Positions 1 to 13,272 of a stretch of 64,000 nucleotides of DNA are shown here, in pieces (the stretch's first letter is position 1; every line of letters begins with the position of its first letter). The position numbers were made by a program, and so were the translations under genes. This stretch comes from the human T2T-CHM13v2.0 reference genome, Homo sapiens. The notes beneath the pieces are model-generated. The model saw only the letters and a list, made by a program, of their open reading frames with translations, made no database searches and had not been told where the DNA came from. Where the stretch lies: assembly GCF_009914755.1 (NCBI RefSeq), contig NC_060935.1; one strand, given 5' to 3'.

Positions 1-3000
1 AAAGCACTCCCAAATATCCTTCACAGATTTTAGCAACACAGGGGCTCCAAACTGCTGAATGAAAATAAACGTATAAATATGCTAGATAAATGCACAATCA
101 CAAAGGGGTTTCTCTGATAGATTCCTTCTAGTTTTTATCCTGTGGTATTCACTTTTTCACCATTGACCTCAATGAGCTCCCAAATGTACTTTCACAGAAT
201 GGACAAAAACATTGTTTCCAAACTGCTAAGCCCAAAGAAATGATTAACTGTGTTAGATGAATACACACATCACAAAGCAGTTTCTCAGAATACTTCTTTC
301 TAGTTTTTAGCTGAATTTATTTCCATTTTCACCAAAGGCCTCAATGCACTCCCAAATATCCCTTTGCAGATTCTACCAAAATAGGGTTTCCAAATGGCTG
401 ATTGAAAGGAAAGCTTTAATTCTGCAAGATGAATGCACACATCACAAAGAGGTTTCTTAGATAGCTTCCTTGTAGTTTTCATCCTGGTATATTCTCTTTT
501 TCACATTTTGCCTCAAGAGCTCAAAATATCCCTTTGCAGATTCTACAAAAACAGTGTTTCCAAACTGCTGAATCCACAGAAAGGTTTAACTCTGTGAGAT
601 GAATGCACACATCCCAAAGCAGTTCCTCAGAAAGTTTGTTTCTAGTTATTATCTGAAGTTATTTCCTTTTTCACCATAGGTCTCAATGCACTCCCAAATA
701 TCCCTTCACAGATTCTACTAAAACAGTGTTTCCAAACAGCTGAATAAAAAGAAAGGTTTAACTCTATGAGATGAATGCACACATCACAAAGCTATTCTCA
801 GAAATCTTCTTTCTAGTTTTTATCTGAAGATATTTCTTTTTTTGCCATTGGCCTCAATGAGCTCCCAAATGGCCCTTCATAGAATGGACAAAAACAGTGT
901 TTGCAAACTGCTAAATTAAAAAGAAAGGTTTAACTCTGTGAGATAAATATGCCTATCAAGAAGAGATTTCTCAGAAAACTTCTTTCTCGTTTTTATCTGA
1001 AGACTTTTTTAACCATATGACACAAACCACTTCCAAATATCCCTTAGCACATTCTACAGAAACACTGTTTCCAAACTACTGAATGAAACGAAAGGTTTAA
1101 CTCTGTGTGATGGATGCAGAAATCACCAACCAGTTTTTCAGAGAGTTTCCTTTTAGTTTTTAGTCACGGATAGTTTCCTTTTAGTTTTTAGGAAACTAAA
1201 GTTTCCTTTTAGTTTTTAGTCAGTTTTTCACTTATGGCATCAATGAGCTATCAAATAGCCCTTCACATTTTCTACAAAAACAGGGTTTCCAAACTGCTGA
1301 ATCCAAAGATACTTTTAACTCTGGATGAATGCACACATCGCAAATCAGTCCCAGAAAGCTTATTCTAGTTTTAATCTGAAGATATTTCCTTTTTCACCAT
1401 AGTCCTCAATATGCTCCCAAATATCCCTTCACAGATTGTACAAAAACAGTGTTTCCAAACTGCTGAATGAAAAGCAAAGTTTGAACTCTGTGAGGTGAAT
1501 ACACACATCTCAAATAAGTTTCTCAGAAAGCTTCGTTCTACTTTTTATCTGAAGATATTTCCTTTTCCAACATAGGCCTGAAAGCATGCTCAAATATCCC
1601 TTTGAAGATTTTACCAAAAACTGTGTTTCCAAACTGCTGAATGAAAAGAAATGTTTAACTCTCTGGGATGAAAGCACATATCACAAAGTGGTTTCTCAGA
1701 TATCTTCCTTCTAGTTTTCATCCTGTGATATTTGCTTTTTTGCCTTTGGACTCAAGGAGTTCCCAAATGTATCTTTGAAGATCCTAAAAAAACAGTGTTT
1801 CCAAATTGCTGAATCCAAAGAAATGTTTAACTCTCTGAGAAGAATGCACACATAACAAAGCGATTTCTAAGAAAGGTTCTTTCTAGTTTTTATCTGAAGA
1901 TATTTCATTTTCATCTTAGGCCTCAAGGTGATCCCAAATATCCCTTCTCAGATTCTACCAAAACAGTGTTTCTAAACTGGTGAATGAAAAGAAAGTTTTT
2001 ACTCAGAGAGAAGGATGCCCACATCAAAAAATCATTTCTCAGATAGCTTCTTTCTAATTTTTATCCTGGGATATTTGCTTTTTGGACTTTGGCCTCAATG
2101 AGCTCCCAAATATGCCTTCACAGATTCTACAACATCACTGTTTCCAAACAGCTGAATGAAAAGAAAGTTTCAACTGTGTGAGGTGAATGCACACATCACA
2201 AAGTATTTTCTCACATAGCTTCCTTCTCGATTTTATCCTGGGATACTTGCTTTTTCACTTTTGGTCTAAATGAGCTCCCAAATATCCCATTGCAGATTCT
2301 ACAAAAACAGAGTTTCCATGCTCCTGAATTCAAAGAAATGCTTAACTCTATGAGATGAATGCATGCATCACAAATCTCTTTCTCAGAAAGCTTCTTTTTA
2401 GGTTTTATTTGAAGATATTTCCTTTTTCAGCATAGGCCTCAATGCACTCCCAAATACCCCTTCACAGTTGCTACCAAAACAGTGTTTCCACACCGGTGAA
2501 TCAAATGAAATATTTAACTCTGAGAGATGAATGCACACATCACAAAGCGGTTTCTCTGAATGCTTCCTTGTAGTTTTTATCCTGTTATATTTGCTTTTTC
2601 ACCTTTGGCCTTAATGATCTCCAAACTGTCCATTCTGAGAATGGACAAAAACAAGGTTTCCAAACTGCTGAACACAAAGAAAGGTTTATCTCTGTGAAAT
2701 GATTGCACACACCCCAAAGCAGTTTCTCAGAAAGCTTCTTTCTTGCTTTTATGTGAAGGTATTTCCTTTTTCGCCATAAGCCTCAATGAGCTCACAAATA
2801 TCCCTTCACAGATTCTACCGAAACAGTGTTTCCAAACTGCTGAATGAAAAGAAAGGTTTAAATATGCTAGATAAATGAACACATCACAAAGCAGTTTATC
2901 TGATAGATTTCTTCTAGTTTTTATCCTGGGATATTTGCTTTTTTGCCATTGGCCTCCATGAGTTCCCAAATGTCCAGTTGCAGAATGGATAGAAACAGTG

Positions 3001-6000
3001 TTTGCAAACTATTTAATCCAAAGAAAGGTTTAACTCTGTGAGGTGAATGAACACATCACAAACAGTTTCTCAGAAATCTTTGCAGGTTTTATTTGAAGAT
3101 ATTTCCTTTTTAACCACAGACCTTAATATGCTTTCAAATATCCATTCACAGATTCTACTAAAACAGTGTTTCCAAACTGCTGAATAGAAAGAAAAGTTAC
3201 ACTCTGCTAGATGAATGCCCACACAAAAAGAAGTTTCCCAGAAAGCTTCTTTCTAGTTTTTATCTGAAGATATTTCCTTTTTTACCGTTTTCCTCAATAT
3301 GCTCTCAAATATCTCTTCACAGATTTGACAAACACGTTTCTTCCAAACTACTGAATGAAAAGAAATGTTTACTCTGTGAGATGAAAGCACACATCACCAA
3401 GCACTTTCTCAGATAGATTTCTTCTAGCTTTTATCCTGGTATATTTGCTTTTCTGCCATTGACCTCAGTGAGTTCCCAAATGTCCATTCGCAGAATGAAC
3501 AGAAACAGTGTTTCCAAACTGCTTAATCCAAAGAAAGGTTTAACACTTTGAGATGAATGTACACATTGCAAAGCAGTTTCTCAGAAAGCTTCTTTCTAAT
3601 TTTTATCTGAAGATATCTCCTTTTCACCACAGGCCTCAATGCACTCCCAAATATGCCTTCACACACTCTACAAAAACAGTGTTTCCAAACTCTTCATTGA
3701 AAAGAAAATTTTAACTATGAGAGACGTATGCACACATAACAAAGCCATTTCTCATATATCTTCCTTTTAGTTTTTTTCATGGGATATTCACTTTTTCGAT
3801 TCTGGCCTCAAGGAGTTCCAAATATCCCTTCGCAGATTCTACCAAAATAGTGTTTTCAAACTTCTGTATGAAGAGAAACTTTTAACTCTGTGAGATGAAT
3901 ACAGAAATCACATAGCTCTTTTTTATATAGCTTCCTCCTGTTTTTTCATCTTGATATATTTGCTTTTTCTCCTATTGCCTCAATGAGCTGTCAAATAACA
4001 CTTCACAGATATAACAAATCTGTATTTCCAAACTGCTGATTCCAAAGCAAGGTTTAACTCTGTGAGTTGAATGCACACATCACAAATTAGTTTCTCAGAA
4101 ACCTTCTTTCTAGTTTGTATTGGAAGATATTTTCTTTTTCACCATAGTGAAACAAACAGTGTCTACAAACTGCTGAATAAAAAGAAAAATTTAATGCTGT
4201 GAGATGAAGGCACACATCCCAATGCTGTTTCTCACATAGATACCTTCTAGTTTTAACCTGGGATAGTTGCTTTCTCACAATTGGCCTCAATATGCTCCCA
4301 AATATCCCTTCAGAGATTCTACAAAAAGAGTGATTCCAAACTGCTTAATGAAAAGAAAGGTTTAACTGTGAGATAAATGAACACATCACAAAGCAGTTTC
4401 TCAGAAAGCTTCTTTCTAGTTTTTACCTGAAGATATTTCCTTTTCCCCACAGGCCTCCATGTGCTAAAAAATATCCCTTTGTAGATTCTACAAAAACAGA
4501 GTTTTCATACTGCTGAATAAAAAGAAATGTTTAACTCTGCTAGATATATGCACACATCAGAATGCAGTGTCTCTGATTGTTTCCTTCTAGTTTTTTTCCT
4601 GGGATATTGCTTTTTCATATTTGGTTTCAGTGAGCTCCCAAATACCCTTTGCAGAATATACAAAAACTGTGTTTATAATCTGCTGGAACTAAAGAAAATT
4701 TTAACCCTGTTAGATGAATGCACACATCACAAAGCAGTTTCTCAGAAAGCTCTTTTCTAGTTTTTAACTGAACATATTTTTTCATCATAAGCCTCAATGA
4801 GCTTGCAAATATCCCTTCACAGATTCTACAAAACCGGGGTGTCCAAACTGCTGAATGAAAAGAAAGTTTTAACTCTGTGAGGTGTATGCACACATCCTAA
4901 AGTGGTGTCACAAATAGATTACTTCTAGTTTTTATCCAGCGATATTCACTTTATCTCCATTGGCTTCAATGAGGTCCCAAATATCCCTTTTCAGATTTTA
5001 CAAAAAGACTGTTTCCAAACTGCTGAATCCCAAGAAAGTTTAACTCTGTGAGATAAATGCAGTCATCATAAAGCAGTTTCTCAGAAAGTTTCTTTCTAGG
5101 TTTTATCTGAAGATATTTCCTTTTTCACCATAGGCTCAATGTGCTCCCAAATATCCCTTCATAGTTGCTACCAAAAACAGTGTTTCCAAACTGCTGAATG
5201 AAAAGAAAGGTTTAACTCAGCGAGAAAAATGCACACATCACAAAGCGGTTTCTCAAATAACCTACTTCTAGTTTTTATCCTGGGATATTCTCTTTCTTGC
5301 CTTTGACCTAAATGACCTCTAAAATATCCATTTGCAGAATATACAAAGTGTCTCCAAGCTACTGATTCCAAAGAAGTTTTAAATCTGTGATATGTATGCA
5401 CACATATCAAAGCAGTTTTGATAAAGCTTCTTTCTAGGTTTTATCTGAACATATTTCCTTTTTCACCTTAGGCGTCAATGTGTCCCCAAATATTCATACA
5501 CACATTCTACCAAAACAGTTCCAAACTGCTGGATGAAAATAAAAGTGGAACTCTGCGAGATGAATGCACACATCACAAAGCAGTTTCTTTGATAGGTTTC
5601 TTCTGGTTTACATCCTTGGATATTTGCTTTTCTGCCTTTGGCCTCAATGAGCCTCCAAATGTCCATTTGCAGAATGGACAAAAACAGGGTTTCCTAACTG
5701 CTGAATCCAAAGTAAATTTTAAGTCTGTGAGATGAATGCATACATCACAAAGCAGTTTATCAGAAAGCTTCTTTCTAGTTTTTATCTGAAGATATTTCCT
5801 TTTTCACCATAGACCTCATTGCACTCCCAAATATCACTTTGCAGATTCTACAAAAACATGGTTTCCAAAGTGCTAAATGAAAAGTAATGTTTAACTCTGC
5901 AAGATGAATGCACACATCACAAAACGGATTCTCAGATAAATTCCTTTTAGTATTTATCCTGGGATTTGCATTTTTTCACCTATGGCCTCATTGAGCTATC

Positions 6001-9000
6001 AAATATCTCTTCACAGAGTCTTCAAAAAAGTGTTTACAAACTGCTGAATTGAAAGAAAAAATTAACTCTCTGAAATGAATGCCCACATCACAAGGCAGTT
6101 TCTCAGAAAGCTTCTTTCTAGTTTTTATCTGAAAATATTTCCTTCTTCACCATAGGCCTCAATGCACTCCTAAGTATCCCTTTGCAGACTCTACCAAAAC
6201 AGTGTTTCCAAACTGCTGAATGAAAAGAAAGGTTTTGCTCTGCGAGATGAATGTACACATCACAAAGCAGTTACTCAGGTAGCTTTCTTTTGGTTTTTCT
6301 GCTGGGATATTTGCTTTTTTGCTATTGGCTTCAAAGAGCTCACAAATGTCAATTCGTAGACTGGACAAAAACAGTGTTTCCAAACTGATGAATCCAGAGA
6401 AATGTTCAACTCTGTGAGATGAATGCTCACATCATGAAGCAGTTTCTCAGAAAGCTTCTTTCTGTTTTTATCTGAAGATATTTCCTTTTTCATCACAGGT
6501 CTCAATGCGCTTACAAATATCCCTTCACAGATGCTACAAAAAACAGTGTTTCCAAACTATTGAATGAAAAAAAAATGTTTAACTCTGCGAGATGAATGCA
6601 TACATCACAAAGCAGTTTCTGATATAGCTTAAGTCTATTTTTTATCCTGGGATATTCCCTTTTTTGCATTTGGCCTCAATGAGCTCCCAAACATCCCTTC
6701 CAAGATTCTACAAAAACAGAATTTCCAAACTGCTGAATGAAAAGAAAGTTTTAACTCTGTGAGATGAAAGCATACTTCACAAGGCGGTTTCTCAGATAGC
6801 TTCCTTCTAGTTTTTATCCTTGGATTTGCAGTTTTTCACCTATGGCCTCGTAGAGCTATCAAATATCCTTTCGCAGATTCTACAAAAACAGTGTTTCCAA
6901 ACTGCTGACCTCAAAGAAAGCTTTAACTCAGTGAAATGAATGCACACATCACAAAGCAGTTTCTCAGAAAGCTTCTTCCTCGTTTTCATCTGACGATATT
7001 TCCATCTTCACCATAGGCCTTAATGGGCTCTTAAATATCCCTTTGCAAATCTTACCAAAACAGTATTTCCAAACTGCTGAATGAAAAGAAAAGTTTAACT
7101 CTGGGAGATGAATGGACACATCACAAAGCGATTTCTCAGAAAGCTTTCTTCTAGTTTTTATCCTGGGATATTCACTTTTTTGCTATTGGCCTCAAAGAGC
7201 TCAAAAATGTCAATTCGTAGACAGGCAAAAACAGTTTTTCCACACTGATGAATCCAAAGAAAGATTTAACTCTGTGAGATGAATGCTTATCTCACAAAGC
7301 AGTTTCTCAGAAAGCTTCTTTCTGTTTTTATCTGAAGATATTTCCTTTTCAGGGTAGCTCTCAATGTGTTTCCAAATAACCCTTCTCAGTTTCTAGAAAA
7401 ACAGTGTTTTCAAACTATTGAGTAAAAGAAAGGTTTAACTCTGCAAGATGAAAGCAAAAATCACAAAGCAGTTTCTGAGGTAGCTTAAGTCTATTTTTAT
7501 CCTGGGATATTCACTTTTTCACCTTTGGCCTCAATGAGCTCCCAAACATCCCTTCTCAGATTCTACCAAAACAGTGTTTCCAAACTGCTGAATGAAAAGA
7601 AAGGTTTAAATCTGTGAGCTGAAAGCATACTTCACAAGGCAGTTTCTCAGATATATTTCTTCTAGTTTTTATCATAAGATATTCACTTTTTTGCCATTGG
7701 CCTCAATGAGCTCCAAAATGTCCATTTGAAGAAATGACAAAAACAAACTTTCCAAACTGCTGAATGCAAAGACAGTTTTAACTCTTTGAGATGAATGCAC
7801 ATATCACAAAGCAGTTTCTCAGAAAACTTCTTTCTAGTTTTTGTCAGAAGATATTTCCTTTTTCACCATTGGCCTTAATGCGCTCCCAAATATCCCCTCA
7901 CAGATTCTACCAAAAGAGTGATTCCACACTGCTGAATGAAAAGAAAGTCTTAACTCTGTGAGATGAATGCACACATTACAAAGTGGTTTCTCAGGTAGAT
8001 TTCTTCTAGTTTTTATCCTGAGATATTCTCTTTTTTGACCTTGGCCTCAATGAACTCCAAAACATCCCTTTGCAGATTCTTCATAAACAGTGTTTCTAAA
8101 CTGCTGAATGAAAAGAAAGGTTTAACTGTGCAAGTTGAATACACACATCACAAAACTATTTCTCAGATAGCTTTCTGTCTATTTTTTATCCTGGTATATT
8201 CACTTTTTCTCCATTGACCTCAATGAGCTCTGAAATGTCCATTCACAGAATGGACAAAAACAGTGTTTCCAAACTGCTGAACTCAAAAAAAGTTTTAACT
8301 CTGTGAGATGAATGTACACATCACAAAGCAGTTTCTCAGAAAGTTTCTTTCTAGCTTTTATCTGAAGATAATTCCTTTTCACATAGACCTCAATGCACTC
8401 CCTAATATCCCCTTGCAGATTCTATCAAAACACTGTTTCCAAAATGCTGAATGAAAAGAAAGCTTGAACTCTGATTGTTGAATGCACACATCACCAAGCA
8501 GTTTCTCAGATAGCGTCCTTGTAGTTTTTATTCCTGGATATTCTCTTTTTTGCCATTTTCCTCAAAGAGCTCCCAAATATACCCTTGCATATTCTACAAA
8601 AACAGTTTATCCAAACAGCTGAATCAAAAGAAACTTTTATCTCTGTGAGATGAATGCACACATCACAAAGCAGTTTCTTGGAAAGCTTCCTTCTAGTTTT
8701 TATCTGAAGACTTTTCCTTTTTCACCATAGGCCTCAATGGGCTCAGAAGTATTCCTTTGCAGATTCTACAAAAACAGCGTTTCCTAATTGTGGCATAAAA
8801 AAGAAAGATTGAACACTGTGAGATGAATGCACACATCACAAAGCAGTTTCTCAAATAACTTCCTTACAGTTTTTATCTTGGGATATTCAATTTTTTGCCA
8901 TTGGTCTCAATGGGCTCCCTAATGTCCATTCTCAGAATGGGCAAAAACAATTTTTCCAAACTGCTGAATCCAAAAAAATGTTTAATGCTGTGAAATGAAT

Positions 9001-10690
9001 ACAAACATTACAAAGCAGTTTCTCAGAAAGCTTCTTTCTAGTTTTTATCTGAAGTTGTTTCCTTTTTAACCATAGGCCTCAATTCGACCTGAAATATCCC
9101 TTTGCAGATTCTCCAAAAACGGTGTTTCTAAATTACTGAATCTAAAGAAAGGTTTAACTCTGTGAGGTGAATGCGCACATCACAAAGCTGTTTCTCAGAA
9201 AGCTTCTTTCTAGTTTTCATCTGAAAATATTTCCTTTTTCACCATAGATCTCATTGCGCTCCCAAATATCCCTTTGGATATTCTACCAAAACTGTGTTTG
9301 CAAACTGCTAAATGAAAAGACAAGTTTAACTTTGCTAAATGAATGCACACAAAGAAGGGTTTTTCTCAGATAGCTTCCTTCTACTTTTATCGTGGGATAT
9401 TCGTTTGTTTGCCATGGAACTCAATGAGCTCACAAATATCCATGTGCAGATTGAGAAGAAAAAAAGTGTTTCCAAACTGTTGAATCCAAAGAAATGTTGA
9501 ACTCTGTGAGATGAATGCACACATCACAAAGCAGTTTCCCAGAAAGCTTCTTTCTAGCTCTTATCTGAATATATTTCCTTTTTAACCGTAGGTGTCAATG
9601 AGCTCCCAACTATCCCTTCCCAGATTGTACCAAAACAGTGTTTCCAAACTGCTGAATGAATAGAAAGTTTTAACACTGTGAGATGAATAAGCACATCATA
9701 CAGCAGTTTCTCAGATAGCTTTCCTGTAGTTTTTAATCCTGGGAGACTTGCTTTTTTGCCATTTGCCTCCATGAGCTCACATATGTCCATTAGCACAGTG
9801 GACAAAAACAGTGTTTCCAAACACTGAATCCAAAAAAAGGTTTACCTCTGTCAGGTGAATGAACACATCACAAAGCAGTTTCTCAGAAAGCTTCCTTCTA
9901 GTTTTTATCAGAAGATAACTCCTTTTTCACAATAGGATTCAATGCGCTCCCAAATATCCATTCAAAGATTCTACCTAAACAGTGTTTCCAATCTACTGAA
10001 TGACAAGAAATATTTAACTCTGTGAGATGAATGCACATATCATGAAGTGGTTTCTCAGATAGCTTCTTCCTCGTTTTTATCTCAGGATATTTCCTTTTTT
10101 GCCATTGTTCTCAATGAGCTCCCAAATGTTCATTTGCAGAAAGGACAAAAACAGTGTTTCCCAACTTCTGAATCCTAAGAAAGGTTTTTCTCTGTGAGAT
10201 GAATGCACACACCCCAAAGCAGTTTCTCGGAAAGCTTCTTTCTAGTTTTTATCTGAAGATATTTCCGTTTTCACAACAGGCCTTGATGTTCTCCCAAATA
10301 TCTCTTCGCAGTCTCTACCAAAACAGCGTTTCCAAACTGCAGAAGAAAAGAAAGGTTTAACTCTGTGAGATGAATGCTCACATCACAAAGTGGTTTCTCA
10401 GATAGCTTCCTTTTGGTTTTTATCCTTGGATATTCAGTTTTTCAACTTTGGCCTCAATGAGCTCCCAAATATCCCTTTGCAGATTCTCCAAAAACAGTGT
10501 TTCCAAATTACTGAATTTAAAGAAAGGTTTACCTCTGTGAGGTTAATGCCCACAACACAAAGCAGTTTCTCAGAAAGCTTCTTTCTAGTTTTCATCTGAA
10601 GATATTTCCTTTTTCACCGTAGGCCTTAATGCATCCCCAAATATCCTTTTGCAGATCCTAAAAAAAAAGTGTTTCCAAACTAGTGAATTC
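1..10690 (-). repeat. Diverged alpha satellite (ALR), block 1; ancient dimer-like layer
   Basis: ~171-bp periodic motifs (TGTGAGATGAATGCACACATCACAAAGCAGTTTCTCAGA; CAGTGTTTCCAAACTGCTGAAT). Two roughly alternating monomer types: TATCTGAAGATATTTCC and TATCCTGGGATATTYGC. pJ-alpha motif TTCCTTTTYCACCRTAG present. Strand is given relative to the usual CATTCTCAGAAACT... consensus orientation. Confidence 0.97.
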
Positions 10691-11746
10691 ACAGGAGAAC
10701 CCACCCCCGATAATTCAACATATTTCCCATAGGTTCTTTTCTATTTCCCTAAGTGTGGGCCAGTCTGAGAAATAATGTGAAAGATTACAAAAGAGAGAAT
10801 TTTTGAAGCTGGGTATCCGGGGGAGACACCATATGTCAGCAGGTTCCGTGATGCCCCCCTAAGCTGCTAAACGAGCAAGGTTTTATTAGTGATTTTCAAA
10901 GGTGATGGAGTGTACGAATAAGGTGTGAGTCACAGAGATCACATACTTCACACTGTAGTAAAATATTACAAGGCAAAAGGATTAAGGGTGAGATCACAGG
11001 ACCGGGGTGAAATTAAAGTTACTAATGAAGTTTCAGGCATGCCTTTTCACTGATAACATCTTATCAGGAGACACGGCTTGAGAGCAGACAACCTGTCTGA
11101 CCAAAATTTACTAGGCAGGCATTTCCTTACCCTGGGAGTGCTGTGGGAGACCGGTGCTTATTTCATCCCTTATCTGAAAACATAAAAGACAGACATTCCC
11201 AGATCAGCCATTTTGGAGACCTACCCCTGGGAATGAATTCCTTCTCAGTGTTGTTTCTTGCTGAGGAAAAGAATTCAGTGATATTTCTCCTATTTGCTTT
11301 TGAAAGAAGAGAAATATGGCTCTGTTCCACCTGGCTCCCAGGCAGTTAGACAAAATGGTTATTTCCATTGTTTCCTGTATATTGCTGTTATCCTCTTCTT
11401 TTTTCAAGGTGCCCAGATATCATATTGTTTAAACAATTTGTGTGGTTAACGCAATCATCACAGGGTCCTGCGGCGACATACATCCTCAGCTTATGAAGAT
11501 GATGGGATTAAGAGATTAAACTAAAGACAGGCATAGGAAATCACAAGAGTATTGATAGGGGAAGTGATAAAAGTCCATGAAATCTTCTCAATTTATATTC
11601 AGAGATTGCATTAACGATGGGCCTCAGAAATTATAAAAGTATTCATTTGGGGAACTAATAAATGTCCATGAAATCATGATAGTGTATGCTCTTCTGCCAT
11701 GGCTTCAGCCAGTCCCTCCACTTGGGGTCCGTGACTTCCCACAACA
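10691..11746 (-). promoter_or_regulatory. 3' LTR (MER11 family) of the HML-8 provirus
   Basis: Begins TGTTGTGGGAAGTCA right after the polypurine tract; homologous to 17414-18475. The last few terminal bases appear lost at the satellite junction. Confidence 0.9.
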
Positions 11747-13272
11747 TCTCTCCCTTTCTTTTCATATAAATGTGACATGGCGATGAAGGCTTGTTCATTC
11801 TCTTGATTTTGATGCAGGATTCTTTGACTGGTCCAGCACAGTAGAGACAAGGCGATTAAACAGAGGAACAAAATTCGAAAATTTACTACAGTGGAACCCC
11901 CAATAGACTTAATCCAAGTCATGGGGTTTAATCTAGAAAGATTGTCTGCTGCCTGATCTAAAGCCTCAGCTCCAGGCACAATGGATAAAGGAGCTTGAGA
12001 ATCTTTAAAAATTTGTTTCTTTAATTTAATTAAGTTCAATGATAAATTATCTTCCCTACCCCGTAGGTGTCCTTTGACCACTTCCCATGAATGATCAGTC
12101 TCATTATAGGAATATTGGCTGATACAGAAATCAGAAGTCTTCCAATCGCACTGCATTTGCCTGCGATGTTCAAGTCTCAGTACCCGATCTCCAAGTCAAA
12201 TAGCAGACTGTCTTAAATCATTAATTTGATTAGCCAATTTTTGATCAAATTCTTCTTGAGAATTTCACATTTGGGTGGAATTGGCTTGCCAATCATTAAC
12301 AAAAAGAGTCGTTTGAATAGATTGATGTAATGCCATTCCGGCAGTGGTGGCCATTGCAGTGACTGTAATTAGGCCCATAGTCACAGCAATTAAAGTGAAA
12401 ACAAATCTCTTAGATCTTTTTAGAATTCTCTGGAACACTTCATTAATTAAATGTATTTAGTGAGATTTCCAAGGTCTGGGCAAATTTACTGGAATCCAGA
12501 TTCCTTCTCCAGCTCGAATCAACATTACACTTTTCCTGGAGTTAAAATAGGAGTTAATACAAGTGTATAAATGACAATTAATGCATTGGTAAATTTCATT
12601 GTTTGCCCAAATTTTGATATTTCCCATTAAAAACATGTAAGGAGGCTTAGCACAACTCTCTATGGGAATAGTCAGGTTGGGGGTAAGCAAAGCAGAATTT
12701 CTGGTCTACGTTGATACTGAGAGAAGGGGGCGGCAGTGGGAACAACAGACAGAATATTTTCCCCTTCCCATACTCACAGTCCTGACACGGCAATAGCCAA
12801 TTTCCAAAGTTCTGGGTGTTCTGATCTTAGAATGGGAAGTATCATACAAGTCCTTGGGAGAGTAACGCCTTTATCCTCCCATTTTAATGGAAAGAATTAG
12901 CTGAACCTCTTATGCAAAGTAGAATGATGATTCTCCTTCTCCCAATAAGAAATAAAATAAGTAGCCTCCAGGCATTCTCTTTCATCAGAGGAACTATTGT
13001 TTTTTAAATAGCCCTTTGGTGCCCAGTATATTACTAAAACATATGAGTCATTTTTTAATATTACTGCATGTGAGTTAACACAATCTTCCCAAATTAAAGT
13101 TTTAGGTGCGCCCTCAAAATGTTTATGGCATGGTTTTCCTGCAGGTTTATATTGAAATTATGGATTATCTCCTATTACTCCCACTTTCATTTGTTTTAAA
13201 GGAGAAAGGGAGAGGCCGGAGACCAAATGTCCTGGTTCCTCTGTAGCTGATCTCTCTGGAAGATAAGCAGCC
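11674..13272 (-). pseudogene. env: HML-8 env remnant (N-terminally deleted SU plus TM)
   Basis: Furin site RSKR|FVFTLIAV at 12406-12417; ORF 11674-12156 has CDWKTSDFC and a membrane-spanning segment and reads into the LTR; ORF 12457-12690 is SU-like. Several stops are present. Confidence 0.88.
11747..11763 (-). other. Polypurine tract of the HML-8 provirus
   Basis: Minus strand GAAAAGAAAGGGAGAGA abuts the TG start of the 3' LTR. Confidence 0.85.

Noticed and set aside
10255-10285. Possible CENP-B box (TTTCCGTTTTCACAACAG); similar at ~25639
   Set aside because: It lacks the required TCCCG....AACGAA core and is better read as a mutated pJ-alpha box.
1-10690. CRISPR-like repeat-spacer appearance
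   Set aside because: The sequence between conserved motifs is itself homologous from unit to unit, so this is tandem satellite; there are no cas genes and the context is eukaryotic.
11520-11695. ~88-bp internal tandem duplication in both MER11 LTRs (also ~18250-18420)
   Set aside because: It is present in both LTRs, so it predates integration; as I recall, it is a normal MER11 subfamily feature.
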